A stretch of DNA of 64,000 nucleotides from Pelomyxa schiedti (taxonomy: Eukaryota; Protista; Evosea), in contig JAHLWZ010000406.1 of NCBI GenBank assembly GCA_020536535.1, positions 1 to 64,000 on the forward strand, in the 5' to 3' direction. The first letter of the stretch is position 1, and each line of letters begins with the position of its first letter. Shown here one piece after another: positions 1 to 13,399 of the stretch. Under the pieces are notes generated by a model. The model ran no database searches. It was given only the letters and a program-made list of their open reading frames with translations, and had not been told where the DNA came from. The position numbers were made by a program, and so were the translations under genes.

Positions 1-14
1 GTGCAACAGTCACA

Positions 15-2233
15 GTGGCGCCGAAAAGCGAGTTGGGGGAGTGGTGTGAGAACCTTCGTTTGGCCCCTCCTGAGCTATCCTCCCAAGTGCTCAGTGCTCT
101 TGAAGCCAATGCAGTGGACAGTATGACTGTGCTACGTGAACTCACAGCTCAAGAGCAAGAGGAGCTTTGCAATGAAATGAGTTTCTTGAAAGTGGGAAAC
201 AAGAAGAAGGTCCAGGCAGCCCTGAAAGCGTTGGTTCCCAGCCCTGGACCACAACAACTGGTGCCACCACAACAAACCCCCCCAGTCACACTCTCACAGT
301 CAGAGATAAATACCATAGCCGAGTTTGTTGAAGCCGGGTACTCCTCTGAGCGAATCCTAACATTGCTTGGTGGTGACACACAGCCGGAAAAGGCACTTCT
401 CATTCGAAAGCAGATGTCTCTGCTCATCCGACCGCCAAAGGAGCCCCCAACGAAATGCAAAAAGCTCACTGTGAAGCGTCCAGGAGTATCTCACTTGCTG
501 CCACTTTTCCACTACCCCTCACATGAAATTCCATCCAAGAAGTACCACACGTTCTTGGTCATTGGTGAGACAGGCTCTGGGAAAACAACGCTGCTGGATG
601 CCTTTGTTAATTACCTTGCTGGTATGGAATTCAATGACGACTGGAGATGGAAGCTCGTGGATGAGGACTACATTGCCAACAAGCCGACATCTGAAAGCCA
701 GACTGACAGGATCACATCTTATTTCATCAATGACGAAAGGCTTCCAGAGAAGAAGAGAGCTCACGGTGGAGAATTCAATATTCAGATCATTGACTCGCCT
801 GGCTTCGGAGATACCGCGGGAGTTCTCAGGGACAATAAAATCGTTGCCCAGTTTGATGCTCTGTTCCGCACTCTTGACCAGTTGGACTACATCCTGATCA
901 CAGCCAACTCGCTTCAGCCTGGGCACTCGTTATGTATACGATCGCGTTCAGCAGCTATTTGGAAAGGATGCTGCCAGCAGGTTTATATTGATGTGCACAT
1001 TTGCGGAGGAGGGGATTCCACAAGTTGTTGCCACACTGAAGCCGCATTTACACTTTGAAAAGTTCTTCACCTTCAACAATTCCGCTCTGTATATATCCCT
1101 GCGTCGTTTTCCACACTCCAGACCAAGTTCTTTTGGAATATGGGAAACTCGAGCATTGTGAACTTTATTGAATTTGTGAATCAGGCAGCAGCACCCCCTC
1201 TCAGTCTCAAGCTGACTAAAGCTGTACTGGCCGATAGGGAAGCTCTTTACGCGCGCGTTGAGGTAACTCAGCAGAATATAAACTCCGGATTCGAAAAGTT
1301 GGAGTGCATGGGGAAGCTCATAGAGGAAATAAAGAAAAACAGAGGGAAGCTAGATGCACACGGGTCTTTCACGTATGAGACTGTGGAGGATGAATATGTC
1401 AGGACGCCTGCTCCAAAGGTAATCCAATTATGCACTGTCTGCAAAGTTTCCTGTTGCCAAATTTGTGCGTGGCCGGCAAATGCAACTGAATCGCAGTGCA
1501 CCTACTTCAACGGGGGACGAAACTGCCCAAAATGCCCCGGCCAATGTGCCAAGGATAAGCATGTCAGAACATCTGATATTGTGACTATCCGCCAAGTGAG
1601 GGTGACTAAGGAATACACAGCGTTGAGGCAGGAAGTTCAAAACGGGCTGAGTCTGTCGGAAAATGCTCTAAATGAAGAAAAAGAGAGGTTTAAGGCACTG
1701 GCACGTCAGATTTGTGAAGATATGAACAACGTGAAGGGTTTGTTGTCGGAGCTGCAGAGGATCGCGCTGAAGCCCATGGTGTTCACCAACACACAGTACT
1801 TTGAGGAGATGATCGAATATGAGAACAAGAACAAGAACCCTGGCTTTGCTGATCGCATTGAAGGCCTCAATGTAATGCTGGCTCAGGCCCAAGCTCTCAA
1901 CAAAGTCAACTCCGCTTCTACGCCTCTGGACTTGTTCCCAAAGTTTTCAGCTGTTATTGACGCAATTTCACAGAGAGACCCAGGTGCAAGGCAGGGTTGT
2001 TCCTNNNNNNNNNNNNNNNNNNNNNNNNNNNNNNNNNNNNNNNNNNNNNNNNNNNNNNNNNNNNNNNNNNNNNNNNNNNNNNNNNNNNNNNNNNNNNNNN
2101 NNNNCAGGCCCAAGCTCTCAACAAAGTCAACTCCGCTTCTACGCCTCTGGACTTGTTCCCAAAGTTTTCAGCTGTTATTGACGCAATTTCACAGAGAGAC
2201 CCAGGTGCAAGGCAGGGTTGTTCCTTGATGTAG
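15..2233 (+). pseudogene. SAM-like domain + septin/AIG1-related P-loop GTPase with Cys-rich C-terminal region; two frameshifts (pseudogene or consensus error); 5' end may lie upstream of the window
   Basis: G1 VIGETGSGKTT and G3 IIDSPGFGDT. SAM-like N-terminus (ELGEWCENL...LKVGNKKKVQAAL). Protein-like coding continues in the +1 frame from ~907 to ~1092 (TRYVYDRVQQLFGKDAASRFILMCTF...FTFNNSALY) and returns to the first frame at a TATATA run (~1090). Cys-rich CTVCKVSCCQIC...CPKCPGQC. C-terminus QGCSLM* lies after the gap. Confidence 0.75.
1884..2225. other. Scaffold gap (100 N, 2005-2104) flanked by an exact 121-bp duplication (1884-2004 = 2105-2225)
   Basis: The sequence caggcccaagctctc...gggttgttcct appears identically on both sides of the N run, typical of unmerged overlapping contig ends. 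Confidence 0.9.
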
Positions 2234-2711
2234 TGCGAACTAACAATGCACAAGTTAAACAATAAAAATTGATTTTCCAAAACCCCTGTGTTGAGCCTTT
2301 GCAAAGGTCGCTCGTACAACGAGATTCGGCAGTGGTTTTTTTTCCATTCGATGGGTCCCACTTTTCCGCCGAATTGCTTTTCCGTGTTGTTTAATGGATA
2401 GTGTGAAGTGCGTGTTGGTGGGGGACTATGGCGCGCATAAAACCAAATTGTTGATCACATATACAACGGGGGGATACCCAGGCGAATAGTCCCCAACCGT
2501 GTTTGATAATTACTCAGTTCATTATGAATCCCTCTGTTATCAAATCAATAACAAACAACAGATTCGTATGATGGCATGATCACAGGCATGTTCGTGGTAG
2601 ACTCCCTCAGAGTCTGTGGGGGTCATTCTCAGCAACAGATCTTGATCAGAGCCCGCACCACCCACCACGGCAGACATTGTGCCCTGGAATTTCTACTTGA
2701 ATCTCCAAGAG

Positions 2712-3774
2712 ATGGGGTGTTGGGTAGAGACGTGTCTCGTGGGTGTTCTGCTAGTGGTGTCACTTGTTAAAGCAGGGACGTTCGTGCCGCTCAATATAAC
2801 TACGTTTGTGCTGTCAAACAGGGACTACAACCAGTTGCCCGTCACGATTCAGCTCAGTGACGGTGCCTCGTTGTCAAAGTACCTGTATGCTGGCTCCCAG
2901 CTGGTTTTCACACTAAGTGTTGACCCCGTTTCTACTGTGGCCACTGTTTATTACGACGGCTCAAAGGTAAGTGCGTTCGTTTTTTGACTGTGCTTTTCTT
3001 TTGGTTCGACTTACTATCTCTTGTGGCTGCCATTGTATTGTACTTTCTGTGCAGATACGCGGTATGGACTTGAATTCGGGAGGAAACGGGGATGATTTGT
3101 ATGCCCCAGACACCAAGGATAACGATGTGAATACGTTGAGGTACATAGCCTCAAAGTCCGCAATGTCCGAGGTTATCTTTGATGCTGTGGACTTCTCTGC
3201 CGGCACATTCCTGGATGACTTTATTGATGAGGATGGAGTCAATGGGGGAAACTCTGTGGGGTTCCTTATGTCTGTCAGTGGAGAGTCTATTTACATGACA
3301 ATAGCCACGCAAGGATACTTCAACCGGTCCGCGGTTGACACATTTTGCCTATACAACAAGAACTACAACGCCCTGTCAGTGAAAATCCGGCTTGCAGATA
3401 CATCAGACCCCGACCCAATAGGGTTCTATGCTTCCTCGCTCATTTGTTTTGGCCTTGCTGTTGATCAGCAAACAGGAACAACACAGTTCACTTACGGCAA
3501 CTTCGTTGTGCAAATGATAGACCTGAACAATGGAGACACGGCTGATGACCTCAACACTCCCAACTCTGATTACAACAGCTACAACACTCTGCAGTATTTC
3601 GCTGGGCACAGCAACTTGTTTGATGACATTGTTGTAGAGGCAATTAACTTTGCTGCCGACACATACCTGCTGTCATTTGACGATTCGGATGGAATATCAG
3701 GTGGTGGGGCTGCTCATTTTAGTCAGTACCAGGAAGACAGTACCCTTTTTCTTTCACTTGAGGTTAAGTCATAG
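2712..3774 (+). CDS. Secreted protein of unknown function with two ~150-aa Asp/Asn-rich tandem repeats
   Basis: Signal-peptide-like MGCWVETCLVGVLLVVSLVKAG. GT-AG intron 2967-3054. Repeats MDLNSGGNGDDLYAP..NTLRY and IDLNNGDTADDLNTP..NTLQY. Confidence 0.7.
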
Positions 3775-3819
3775 TGGAAAAAAAATACATGTTTTTGTAG
3801 GGTTTGGGAATTTTTCCCC

Positions 3820-6800
3820 TCACTCAGTAGAACACATACAAGTCACTTCACAGAAGCACGTGACGGTACAGAAGTTTTGGCTTTTTGGTACAGTACAGGA
3901 CCCAATAAGCAATGACCTCGTGCCTGTTGTTGGTGGGGAAAACCACAGTGACACTGATTCGGTTGGAGAGCCATATACATCAACTGTGAGAACTTCTCCG
4001 TTGTCGGAAACCTCTTTGATGCGTGTTGGTGATACTGTGATGAACTTGTTCCTGGGTCCTGTTTAGTTTCTACTTTTACTGTATGGGTTTTTTTTGGAAG
4101 TCATACATGTCGCCGATGAAGCTCCATCCAGAGGAAAGGTCTGGAGCAATTATGTAGTACTTGAAAGGCACTTCGGTGTGATCAGGTACATAGCCTTGCT
4201 CAGAGAGTTTCAATGGTGAAGAGCTTGAAAATGCTGACACAGCATTTGGGTTATCAAAGTAGTCTATAGCTACACTTGTGGACTTCGCATCAATGCCAAT
4301 ATCCTGTGGATACAGTTCCATTGAATATGGTAACTCTGCACAGAAAACGAAATGCCAGCTAATACCTACCAGTGGTGAGCAAAAAAATAATTAGAAACAT
4401 AACTGGTAGACCTGACACAGTAGAAGTTGTTTGGCCCAAGTGAATGACTGTCGGAATGCTCAAATTGAACTGCCAGAAAGACCTGGAGGAAAGTCATTAC
4501 ATTAGTCAATTAATTCTTTTCCACTTGTCAATTGGTATAGCAGGAAAATCTGGTTTCAAAAGAGTTCCATCATTCATGCAAGTGCGCATCACTAAATTTT
4601 GGTCTGAGCCGTCAATCTGAAATTGACCAGTTGGGAAAAAAAACATTCCAATTATTTACCATATCACCAATAGCTACAGGACCTGCAGATAACGCAGAGA
4701 CAAGAGTTTGTAGTTTTGTATTTGGCTCTTTGCAGACAGTGTAACTTATGTGTGGTAACTTAAGACGTAATTTACTACTTAAAAGCTCACGGGCAACCCT
4801 CTTGAGGGGAAGAACTCCAGAAGTTGTCTTTGAAGGGAACCATCCCTAAAGCCCAAATAAGCATGCTGGAATGAAGAATCTGTGATTTTGTTGGCATTGC
4901 TTGGTGAGTAGAATAATACCTGCCACTGCTTATTTCCGGGTTGATAGTCATCGGAGGCTCTTGCCTGAGAAACGGCAGGTATTTCAGTACTCTCTAGAAG
5001 GAAGTTCGGTAACGGCATGCAATACTATTTTTCGTGAGTTGCGCAACCTTGAGGCTATACTTGAATAAAAACGCCAAGGTCTGAGGCAGCACTTCCCATA
5101 TTGAGCAACCACTGGCGGGCCAAGTCCACAGATGTGCGAGTAGCTTCCATCTTGGTATATGTTGTCACAAGCCAGTCTTGCTCATACCTTCAGGTGTTCA
5201 ACGGAAAATGGAAAACTACTTCTCGTACACAGTCATTCCCCAGGTGACTGCCTTGCCCATTATATAGTCAAATGTATCTCGGTCCAGGGGAAGTGCAGTG
5301 TAATCCTCAACGATGAAAGAAAAGTTCATCCCTATGTAATCGTTATCTGGGCTGAAGTACCTGTTCCCATATTAACTTGTTGTTTAGTGTTAATGCTGAC
5401 CTGTTATGGAGAACATAAGGTGGGTTGCCCATTTCACTGTCGAGGTATTGCATGCCATTTGGGAATATGTCAGAGCGAGGTTCCCACAACTTCACGCCAT
5501 TGTTCACACCTTTATAGTACCACCAGGAGTCTAACTAAATAATTTTCAGTTGACAACATAGAAGTATGAAGCCGGGAACACCTGGTAGTAGTTATCCGGA
5601 AGCACAGATGATTGATACAGAGCAATATTAATCATGGTGTCCTCATAATTTTCGTCATACTCGGTGAGATAGTAATAATAAGCACCGCTAAAGATAGATG
5701 TTTGAAAAACCTCTAAATGAAAAGATATACTTGTCTGTGTAGTACCCAAGAGTTGAGGTGGATAAATCTGCTTATAAATTACAAAGGCTATTTTCAGGCT
5801 ATCTTCTTCAAACCCGTTTCATATGTGGGAACTTTCCCAGAACTTTTCAGTAGGTATCCACCCCAGGAAGCCACTGCGTTAGTTACAGAAGTGCCAAATG
5901 AAAGAATTGTGGTGTGCCGGAATCCCACAGGTAAGGTTTCAACCTTGTGAAAGAGGGGTTACAAATATGCAAAAGAAATGCAACTAACTTTCCCCTGGAT
6001 TCCACATGCAAAAATATCTCCAAAGTGTGCAGAAATTGTTTGAGTCCCTGCCATAAAATTCGAGAGTGGGGAGAAAACCAAGGTGCGCAATTGGTCATCA
6101 TAGATAATCATAGGAACACCTCCTTGTTCTCCACCCTCCAGTTTTACATGAAACAATACGGAAGTTGATTAAAGGCATTACCTCGAATATTGGTTTGTCC
6201 CACCAGCCTATGTTTGGTTCTGCAAATGTGTGTTCATATGTAAGGAACATGAAGTCCGTTTCGACGTCAATGAAAGAGGGAAAACAGGAAACAAGCTCAA
6301 CAGTTGTTCCTGCGCTAGTGTCGTTGGCACCATTCGGGAAGTATTGTTCGAAAACAATCATTTCGGTGTCCAGGTACCTTAATGGTTTGAATAGAAAAAT
6401 AGCTTCAGAGTTAGAAGTACGATTTAAATGTGGCTTGCATTTCCAAATCATTGGCCCTATATATTGCATTCGTGAAGTCATAAATACCAAAAGTATCTGA
6501 GGACTGGCCACTAAAAGAAAGGGGTGAATTTTATAAGAGTAGCTACTAAGAAAGCAAAGCTCAAAAGAGAACGAAACCTGGAAACACCAGTAAGGGGGAA
6601 ATTATCGTCTTGGGTGGAGTGCCACTTCCTGTTATTCCTCACGCCAATAGGCCCACCATGGAACCAGTCCTCACCATCAACCTGCGGGTTTTTCTTCATT
6701 CTTAATTCCAGTATACAAAGGTAAGGCAAAAAACCGACAACAACGCACTCTGATCGTGTAGTCCACAGTGACGGGGTCCACTTCGATCGATAGCCTCGAC

Positions 6801-6868
6801 GTGGCCAACGCCCCACGGAGCACAGAAGCAAACACTAACGCCACAACAATGCACCTCAAACGCCACAT
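3820..6868 (-). CDS. Secreted multi-exon glycoside hydrolase-like protein (clan GH-D / GH36 raffinose-synthase-like fold, tentative)
   Basis: Signal peptide MWRLRCIVVALVFASVLRGALA. Exon motifs IVFEQYFPNG, GAYYYY, QARASDDYQP (compare raffinose synthase RASDDF) and LSAGPVAIGD (compare SGGPVYVSD). Stop at 3820-3822. Confidence 0.55.
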
Positions 6869-7137
6869 CTTGGGTGTGTTAAGCAGATCGCTCAAATCTA
6901 ACCACCGGCTGTTCGAAGGTTAGCCACGATTACGTGACGATCAGATCTTGTTTTTTCGGTCAAAATGGGAATGAAGGTTTTCTGGCAGAAAACCTGCGCA
7001 GGGGAATCAATGTGTCACACAATGTGGGTGCGAAGTGGAGGTTCCCAGCAATTACTCAAGTCAGATCCAATTCGGGCACTTGGATGTGAACACTTGGCCG
7101 TTTAAAAGTGGCACAACGAACCAAAAAGCAGCAAAAA

Positions 7138-10100
7138 ATGAAAAAGAAAGGAATACCGTCGCATGGGTTGTGGGTGGGACAGGCCGTAGTTCTGGACAGG
7201 ACCACCAACGAGCCAATATCCACCATCGAACTCACGTGGTCCCTATGCCTCACCCTGAGCCCCACTTTTCCCGCTGCCTTTGGTGCATCCCTTTTCATGC
7301 CCTCTTCGTCCCCGTCCCCCTCGCCCTCGCCCTCGTCCTCTTCTCTTTGTTCCTCTGCAGCCTCCTCCCCTCCGTCTCCGGACCAGGAGGCGGCCTCGAC
7401 CCCGAGCGCTCCCCCGCAGCGAGGCGGGCAGTTCGGGCTGCTCAGGGGGAAGTGCCAGCAGGCGACGGGGTGGGTGGGCCCGCTGGACGAGTACGTCGAC
7501 GGCGTGCTGGTGAGGACGTGGTCGGCGACGGCGCAGGCGGGCGACGACGGCGCCATCGAGCTCACCGGGGTGTGGCGCGCCGTCCCGCCAGGGGGCCCCG
7601 CGGCCTCCGAGGGCGCCGCCGCCGCGGCGGACCCGAGTGCTGCTGCTGCTGCTGCTGTTGTAACTGCAGGCGTCTTCGCGATGAGGAAGGAGGAAGAAGG
7701 CGAGAAGAGGAGGAAGGGAGAGGGCGAGGGAGCGGAGGAGGGGGAGCAGCAGGCTACTGGGGACGCGGCGGAGAAGCGGCACTTCTCGGGGCTGTGGCTG
7801 GGGCAGGCTGCTCCGGACCCGTCCTTGGAGGCGTTCTTCATCGCCACGAACCCAATTCGCTGGTCGCTGAGCATCGTGGACGACAGGGCCGCGCTCTCCG
7901 TCCCACAATTGCGGGAGAGGGCACGAGGGGGCAGTAGCAGTAGCAGTAGCAGTGGCGGCTCTTCTGGCCCTGGGGGGCTGGTGTTTGGCTGTGGATTCTT
8001 TGATGATGCTGCTGATGTGCCGAACCAGCCTTTGCTATTTTTCTCGCTGATTGGGACTTTCGACAGGCAGACATCTACGGTGTGTCTCATAAAGGAGTAC
8101 GAGGACAAGTCTGCTGGGTATACTGTGGAGTACACGGGAAAAGTACCTTTCCCTTTGTTTTTGCTTTTGGCACGATTAACTTTCAATCAGATAGAACAGG
8201 CTGAGGATAAGAGTGTCTGGTTCCGGGGTAGTTGGAACAATCCTGTTGCTGGAAGCTTTGGAAGCTTCAGTTGTATGCAACAAGCTGCCAGCGGGGTTGC
8301 TTCTATGCACATCTTCCAATGTGATGTCTGTAATGTACTTATAACACCTGGTGAGAGCAGGTGGAGTTGTGCTGATTGCCCAAAGCCCTGGTGCTGCTGT
8401 ACCAAGTGCTATGCTGCCGCCACGTCTTTGGGAAATCTGCACCCTCATAGCCTTAGACCAGAAGCTGTCCACGAAGCGGAATTTGCTCAAGGAGCTTGCA
8501 GTGCACAGTTGATTGTTGATGCATTCCGCCGGTTTCCCAAACGTGACTTCTTGGGTTTCCGTGCAACCGCGTCCCAGAAAGAACATGAGTGGCAGAGCTA
8601 TGCACAAGTCGCTGAGGATTGCTACAATGTTGCATGTGGCTTGCAGTCTGTTGGTGTCGAGGCTCGCAATGTAGTATTGTTTTGCTGTGACATTGATCAC
8701 ACCTATGTTGCCCCTCTACTGGCTTCAGTAGTCTTAGAATGTATTGTAGTTCCCGTTCATGGTGCACTAGATGCCGATTCTTTGACTCATATTTGTGCAA
8801 AAACCAAGCCAGCAGCGTGCTTTGTTTCACCTGAATACTGGCCTAAACTTAGTGAAATACTAGCATCTACTTCAGTTACGCCAAAGGCAATTATTATAAT
8901 GCCCCATTCTTCCACCACAGCCCCAACGGCACCTATTGCCTCACCCCAGTTTGCCTTCTTTGATACACGAACAAAGTTGATGGAAGTTGGTCAAGTGCAC
9001 CGTCAAGGTCCAGGGCATGAATTTTTCCAGTCAAAGATATTGCACCCACCTCGCCTCCCACTAAGTGAGATAACGGCGGTACTGTTCACGAGTGGTAGCA
9101 CTGGCAGGTTTTTCCTTCCTCAATCTACTCCTCAGTTGTTTACCACTTCACAGACCAAAAGGAGCAATGTTCAACGAAGAACTTCTTCTACCAAGTGAGG
9201 GTGTATCTGTTGTGCAGCCGTATATTCGCCTTGATTTTCAGGTGAAGCATTTTTCTTTCAAGTAAAATAACTAATCCACGCAAAAAGCCATTTGATCCCT
9301 CGTTTCTTCTCTCAGTGCTATCCACAATGCAGTGTGGCGGGTGCCGTGCCTTTGCACACTCACTGGCAACACTCATGGATGACTTCAAAATTGCACGCCC
9401 TACACATGTGGGAGCATCACCTGTTCTTTGGAACTCCTTACATACAGAGTTCTGTGCCAGAGTGGCAGAAGAAATGAAAAATGTGCTGAGTGACAGCACT
9501 ATCGACAAGAAGAAACAGCAAGAACTCGTTGAAGAGAACGTGGCCAAGCAAATGCGAGCACAACTTGGGAACAGGCTCAGTGTTGCCACAAGTGGTGGTG
9601 CCCCAATTTCCAACCAAGTCATTGAGTTTGCCAGGAGGTGGCTGTCTCTCTATATTGTGGACCTATATGGAAGTAGGGAGACTGGCGGGATTTCCCGTGA
9701 TGGAGTAGTCTATGCAGGTGTTGATGTCCAATTACTGAGCCATCCAGAGATGGGCTATTACGCCGATGGCGATCCTCCACAAGGAGAGATCTGTGTTGCA
9801 GTACGTAAAGACCTAAATTATCTTCGTTAAATGCAGAACTGATTGTGCTGTAAAAAGAGCCCAAGGCTTATACCAGGGTACTGGGGAGATGAGGAATTGA
9901 CAGCTGCTGCTTTCGTACAAATAAATGGAAAACGATACTACAGGACGGGTGATGTTGGGGAAATATGCAGACAAAGCGGCACCACTCGTGTGCGGGTTAT
10001 TGATAGGTGTTCTAATGTGTTCAAGCTTGCACAAGGAGGTAAGAACGATTTCACTTATTCCACTAAGTCTCTAATCGGAAACAGAGTGGCTAGCACCAGC

Positions 10101-12118
10101 CAAAATAGAGGCAGTTTTAGAAAAATGCCCGTACATTAAGCAAGCATTGGTGACTGGAAGTCCGGCGCAACCCGTAGCTATTGCTGTAGTAGTGCCAACA
10201 CCACTTTTTACCCAATTTTGGGGTTTGAAGCCCGCCGATGAGTCTGGGATGACAGCATGTGAAACAACCATCTTACGAGAGATCCGCTTTTGGGCCAAGC
10301 ATTGTAAGTTGCGCCCCATTGAGATCCCAGCTGCTGTGCACTTGGAAAGAGTAGAGTGGACTCCAGAGAACGGACTATTAACATCCACAGAGAAAAAGAG
10401 ACGCCAGGTTTTATGTGGCCATTATAAAGGCATTGTAGAAGGCTTGTATGCAAAGCTATCATCCAGCTCAACTTCAACTTCGGCTTCCAGTACTGTCCTT
10501 GATGAGGACAGGGGGGAGACCGTTTCGGCCAACTTTGAGCGAATTATCCGAAGTGTGCTTCCACCAGGTGTCTCCATCAGCCCTTCAGCAACTTTTACTG
10601 AGATAGGAGGAGATTCACTATCAGCGGCACGTCTGGTAAACACCCTTGCTCAGGAGGGGTTGTCAGTGGCTCCACAGATTGTATTTGAGTATCCCTTGTC
10701 ACACCTCTCAAGAATGCTTGAGCAAACAAAGAGCGGATCAGTGGTGGCTTCTGAGCAGTACGGTGGGAGTGTTGAAGTTAACTGGGCTGCGGAATGGAAC
10801 TTGCAGAGCTATGGGCTTAATACAAATTTGAGTGACACACACGTGGCCCCCAGTGGCAACCGCGATGGCGGCAGTGTATTTGTGACTGGGTGCACAGGGT
10901 TCCTGGGTCCTGTTCTGGTATCTGAAATTTTGGCGCAATATCCACCCACAGTTTCCGTGCATTGTTTGATGCGAGATCAAAATGAAACTGCAGCAATGAG
11001 TAGATTGTGTGATGGAATAAAGGATGCCGGCCTTTGGCGTGACGATTATGCCACTCGGTTACATGTGGTTCTTGGAGATTTATCAAAGGAAAATTATGGA
11101 TTATCACCTGAACAGTTCCAACTTTTGTCGAAAAACTTGATTGCTATATATCACAGGTACCACCTTTCGTTGTAATGTTGTTTACAAACTTTCATTGTAG
11201 TGGTGCTCGAGTGAATATGACAATGCCCTATTCCGCTCTGAAACCTGCCAATGTAGGCGGAACAGTTACTGCCATCAAATTGGCAGTTCTAGCGGGTCGT
11301 GGTACAACTCTCGCCTATGTATCATCTGTAGGTGCACTTCCACCTATTGTGTCTTCCTCAAGTAGTTCCACTCCCGACGAAGAAGCACTTCAATGCCGTG
11401 AACAGTGGCTCAAGCTTGATTCCCATACGATGGGGTTAAAGGGGGGCTATGGACAATCCAAAGCCGTGGCCGAGCGCCTACTGTGCCACGCACGTGAAAT
11501 TCTTGGAGTAGATGCACGTGCATTTAGGCCATCAGCTGTCAGTGCCCATACACAGACCGGCTGGTGCAACACACTCGACTTCACCACACTCATACTGCAT
11601 GCCTGCGTAGCCGCACGAGGCATTGTTGCTGATCCGGAAACAAAGCTCCGCTGGATTCCCGTGGATTTTGTAGCCTCAGCCATTGTTTCTCTCAGCCGGG
11701 CTCCCTGCTGTGCTGCAACTCATGGTGTCCACCACCTTGGAGGCAGTGGACCGCTTCTATCACATGTTGGCAAAGTTCTGGTTTCTGCCGGCTACACATT
11801 GGATGTATGTTCTCCCTCTGAATGGAGGACAAGAGTCACTGCAGCAATCACGCCAGAGAGTCCCACTTTTTCCGTATGGAATTACAAATTTGTCTTCACA
11901 AGTACTGACAACAAACAACCTAGGTGAAGCACCTGCTATCCAACTATCACTTTTCACCTGAGGGACAAGGGACAATACCGCCTGGGTCTGGCACTCTGGC
12001 TGCCCTTAAGCAAATTGGCTTGGCTTGGCCCAATGAAGAACAGGCATTTTGTCCAGAGGTCATCATGAAAGCAATCAATTTCCTTATCACCAAGAAATTC
12101 CTCCCCTCAACTCCCTGA
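7138..12118 (+). CDS. Carboxylic acid reductase-like NRPS-type protein (adenylation-thiolation-reductase) with N-terminal beta-rich domains and ZZ zinc finger
   Basis: A domain: FTSGSTGRPKGA (spliced), YGSRETG, YYRTGD, FKLAQGEWLAP, NGLLT. PCP: GGDSLSAARL. SDR reductase: VTGCTGFLG, GYGQSKAVAE, WIPVDFVA. ZZ-like CDVC..WSCADC..CTKCY..HPH. Introns are canonical. Confidence 0.88.
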
Positions 12119-13399
12119 ATAATGCCGGACAACTGACAAATATCATGTTTGTGAGAGTCACTTGGAGAAAATAAAACAGAGTCAATTTGGGTTTTTTCCC
12201 ATTCCAAGTGCATGGTTCTCTTTTGTCCAGGAAAGAGAATGTAATTTCCACCCCGACAATTGGCAATGTCTGTGGGTGGAGAACAACCACAGCAGAACAT
12301 GGGCAGCTAAAAAGTCAGGTGCGAACCAAACAAAGGTGGTGTGCTCGTCGTCGGAAAGGCCTTCAGGGGGAGCAGTGCATCGGAAATCAATCACGAACCA
12401 GTTATGCAATCTGGGATCAGACTCAACAGGGCCTGGTTGGGTATGGAACAATTAGTTAGAATGAGAGCAGAGAAATCAATCGAAATTTATGTGTCACACA
12501 CATTGTGTATTCAACCAGGTTCAAGTTGAATAGATGCATCCTGTTTCCATTCTTCAGGCAACACCTCATACAATGTACAAGTAGAAGCACCCCACATTGT
12601 TACTTACGGAAATATTTGAAATATATTGGCAAATGTGTAACCAAAGTGCTTTACGGCTCTGCTAAATAACAACTCTCCAAAGGATAGCCGTCAACTGTTT
12701 CGGCACTAGACCTGGGCATTAATGAGACCCCTGTTAAAGGGGGAGCACGGTGCCACTATTGGTTGGTGCTCTGTCAAGGAGTGCTATGAGAGGGGCAAAT
12801 GTATGGGAGTCCCAACAACGAGAGGTTCCTCTACATAGTGGTTGGGAAAATATAAATGGAACTATGTCTTCTGTGCCAGTTTCATCAGTAGATCCTTTCT
12901 TTTTTTTCTAAAACTAAAGAGAACTATCCCATTTCTATCTCCTCTTACAAAAATGGAGCCAGACCAATGGCCCACTTGAACCAGCAGGCAATAACCAAAA
13001 CAGACCTGCAACATCAGGGTAGCTATGTCAATGGAATCAGATGTAGCAACAATCTCCAAAAGTGGACTCACAGAAACAGCATGGGGAATCAAAACAATAG
13101 GGAATGGGTCTTCTACAGAAGTTAGCAACCAGCCAATCACAACAGTGCTTGGAACATGTACTTCCGGATGTAAAACAATGGCACATTCACACCTGCAACA
13201 AATACATCCACACTTGTACAAACAGGTGCACTTTGTTGCCACTGCAGCTGGGAAGTCTAATCGGAAGATCTTGGTCATGTATGGTTTCCAGAGTCTGTTG
13301 GGGAGAAAACTTCGAATCGGCATTGGTATTGGAGGATGGAGTGGGTGCAGATATTGGCGATTTTCCAATGGAAAAAATTTAGAAAAGACACCCAGACTT

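Noticed and set aside
1884-2225. Apparent tandem duplication of the GTPase 3' end
   Set aside because: Exact copies flank a 100-N placeholder gap, so an assembly overlap is the simplest explanation.
2421-2494. 9-bp inverted repeat ggggactat/atagtcccc
   Set aside because: Too short to support a MITE or structured RNA.
7035-8186. Long overlapping alternative-frame and antisense ORFs (also 34637-35721, 47012-47800, 59850-60711)
   Set aside because: Shadow ORFs of GC-rich, low-complexity first exons, with no independent domain signal.
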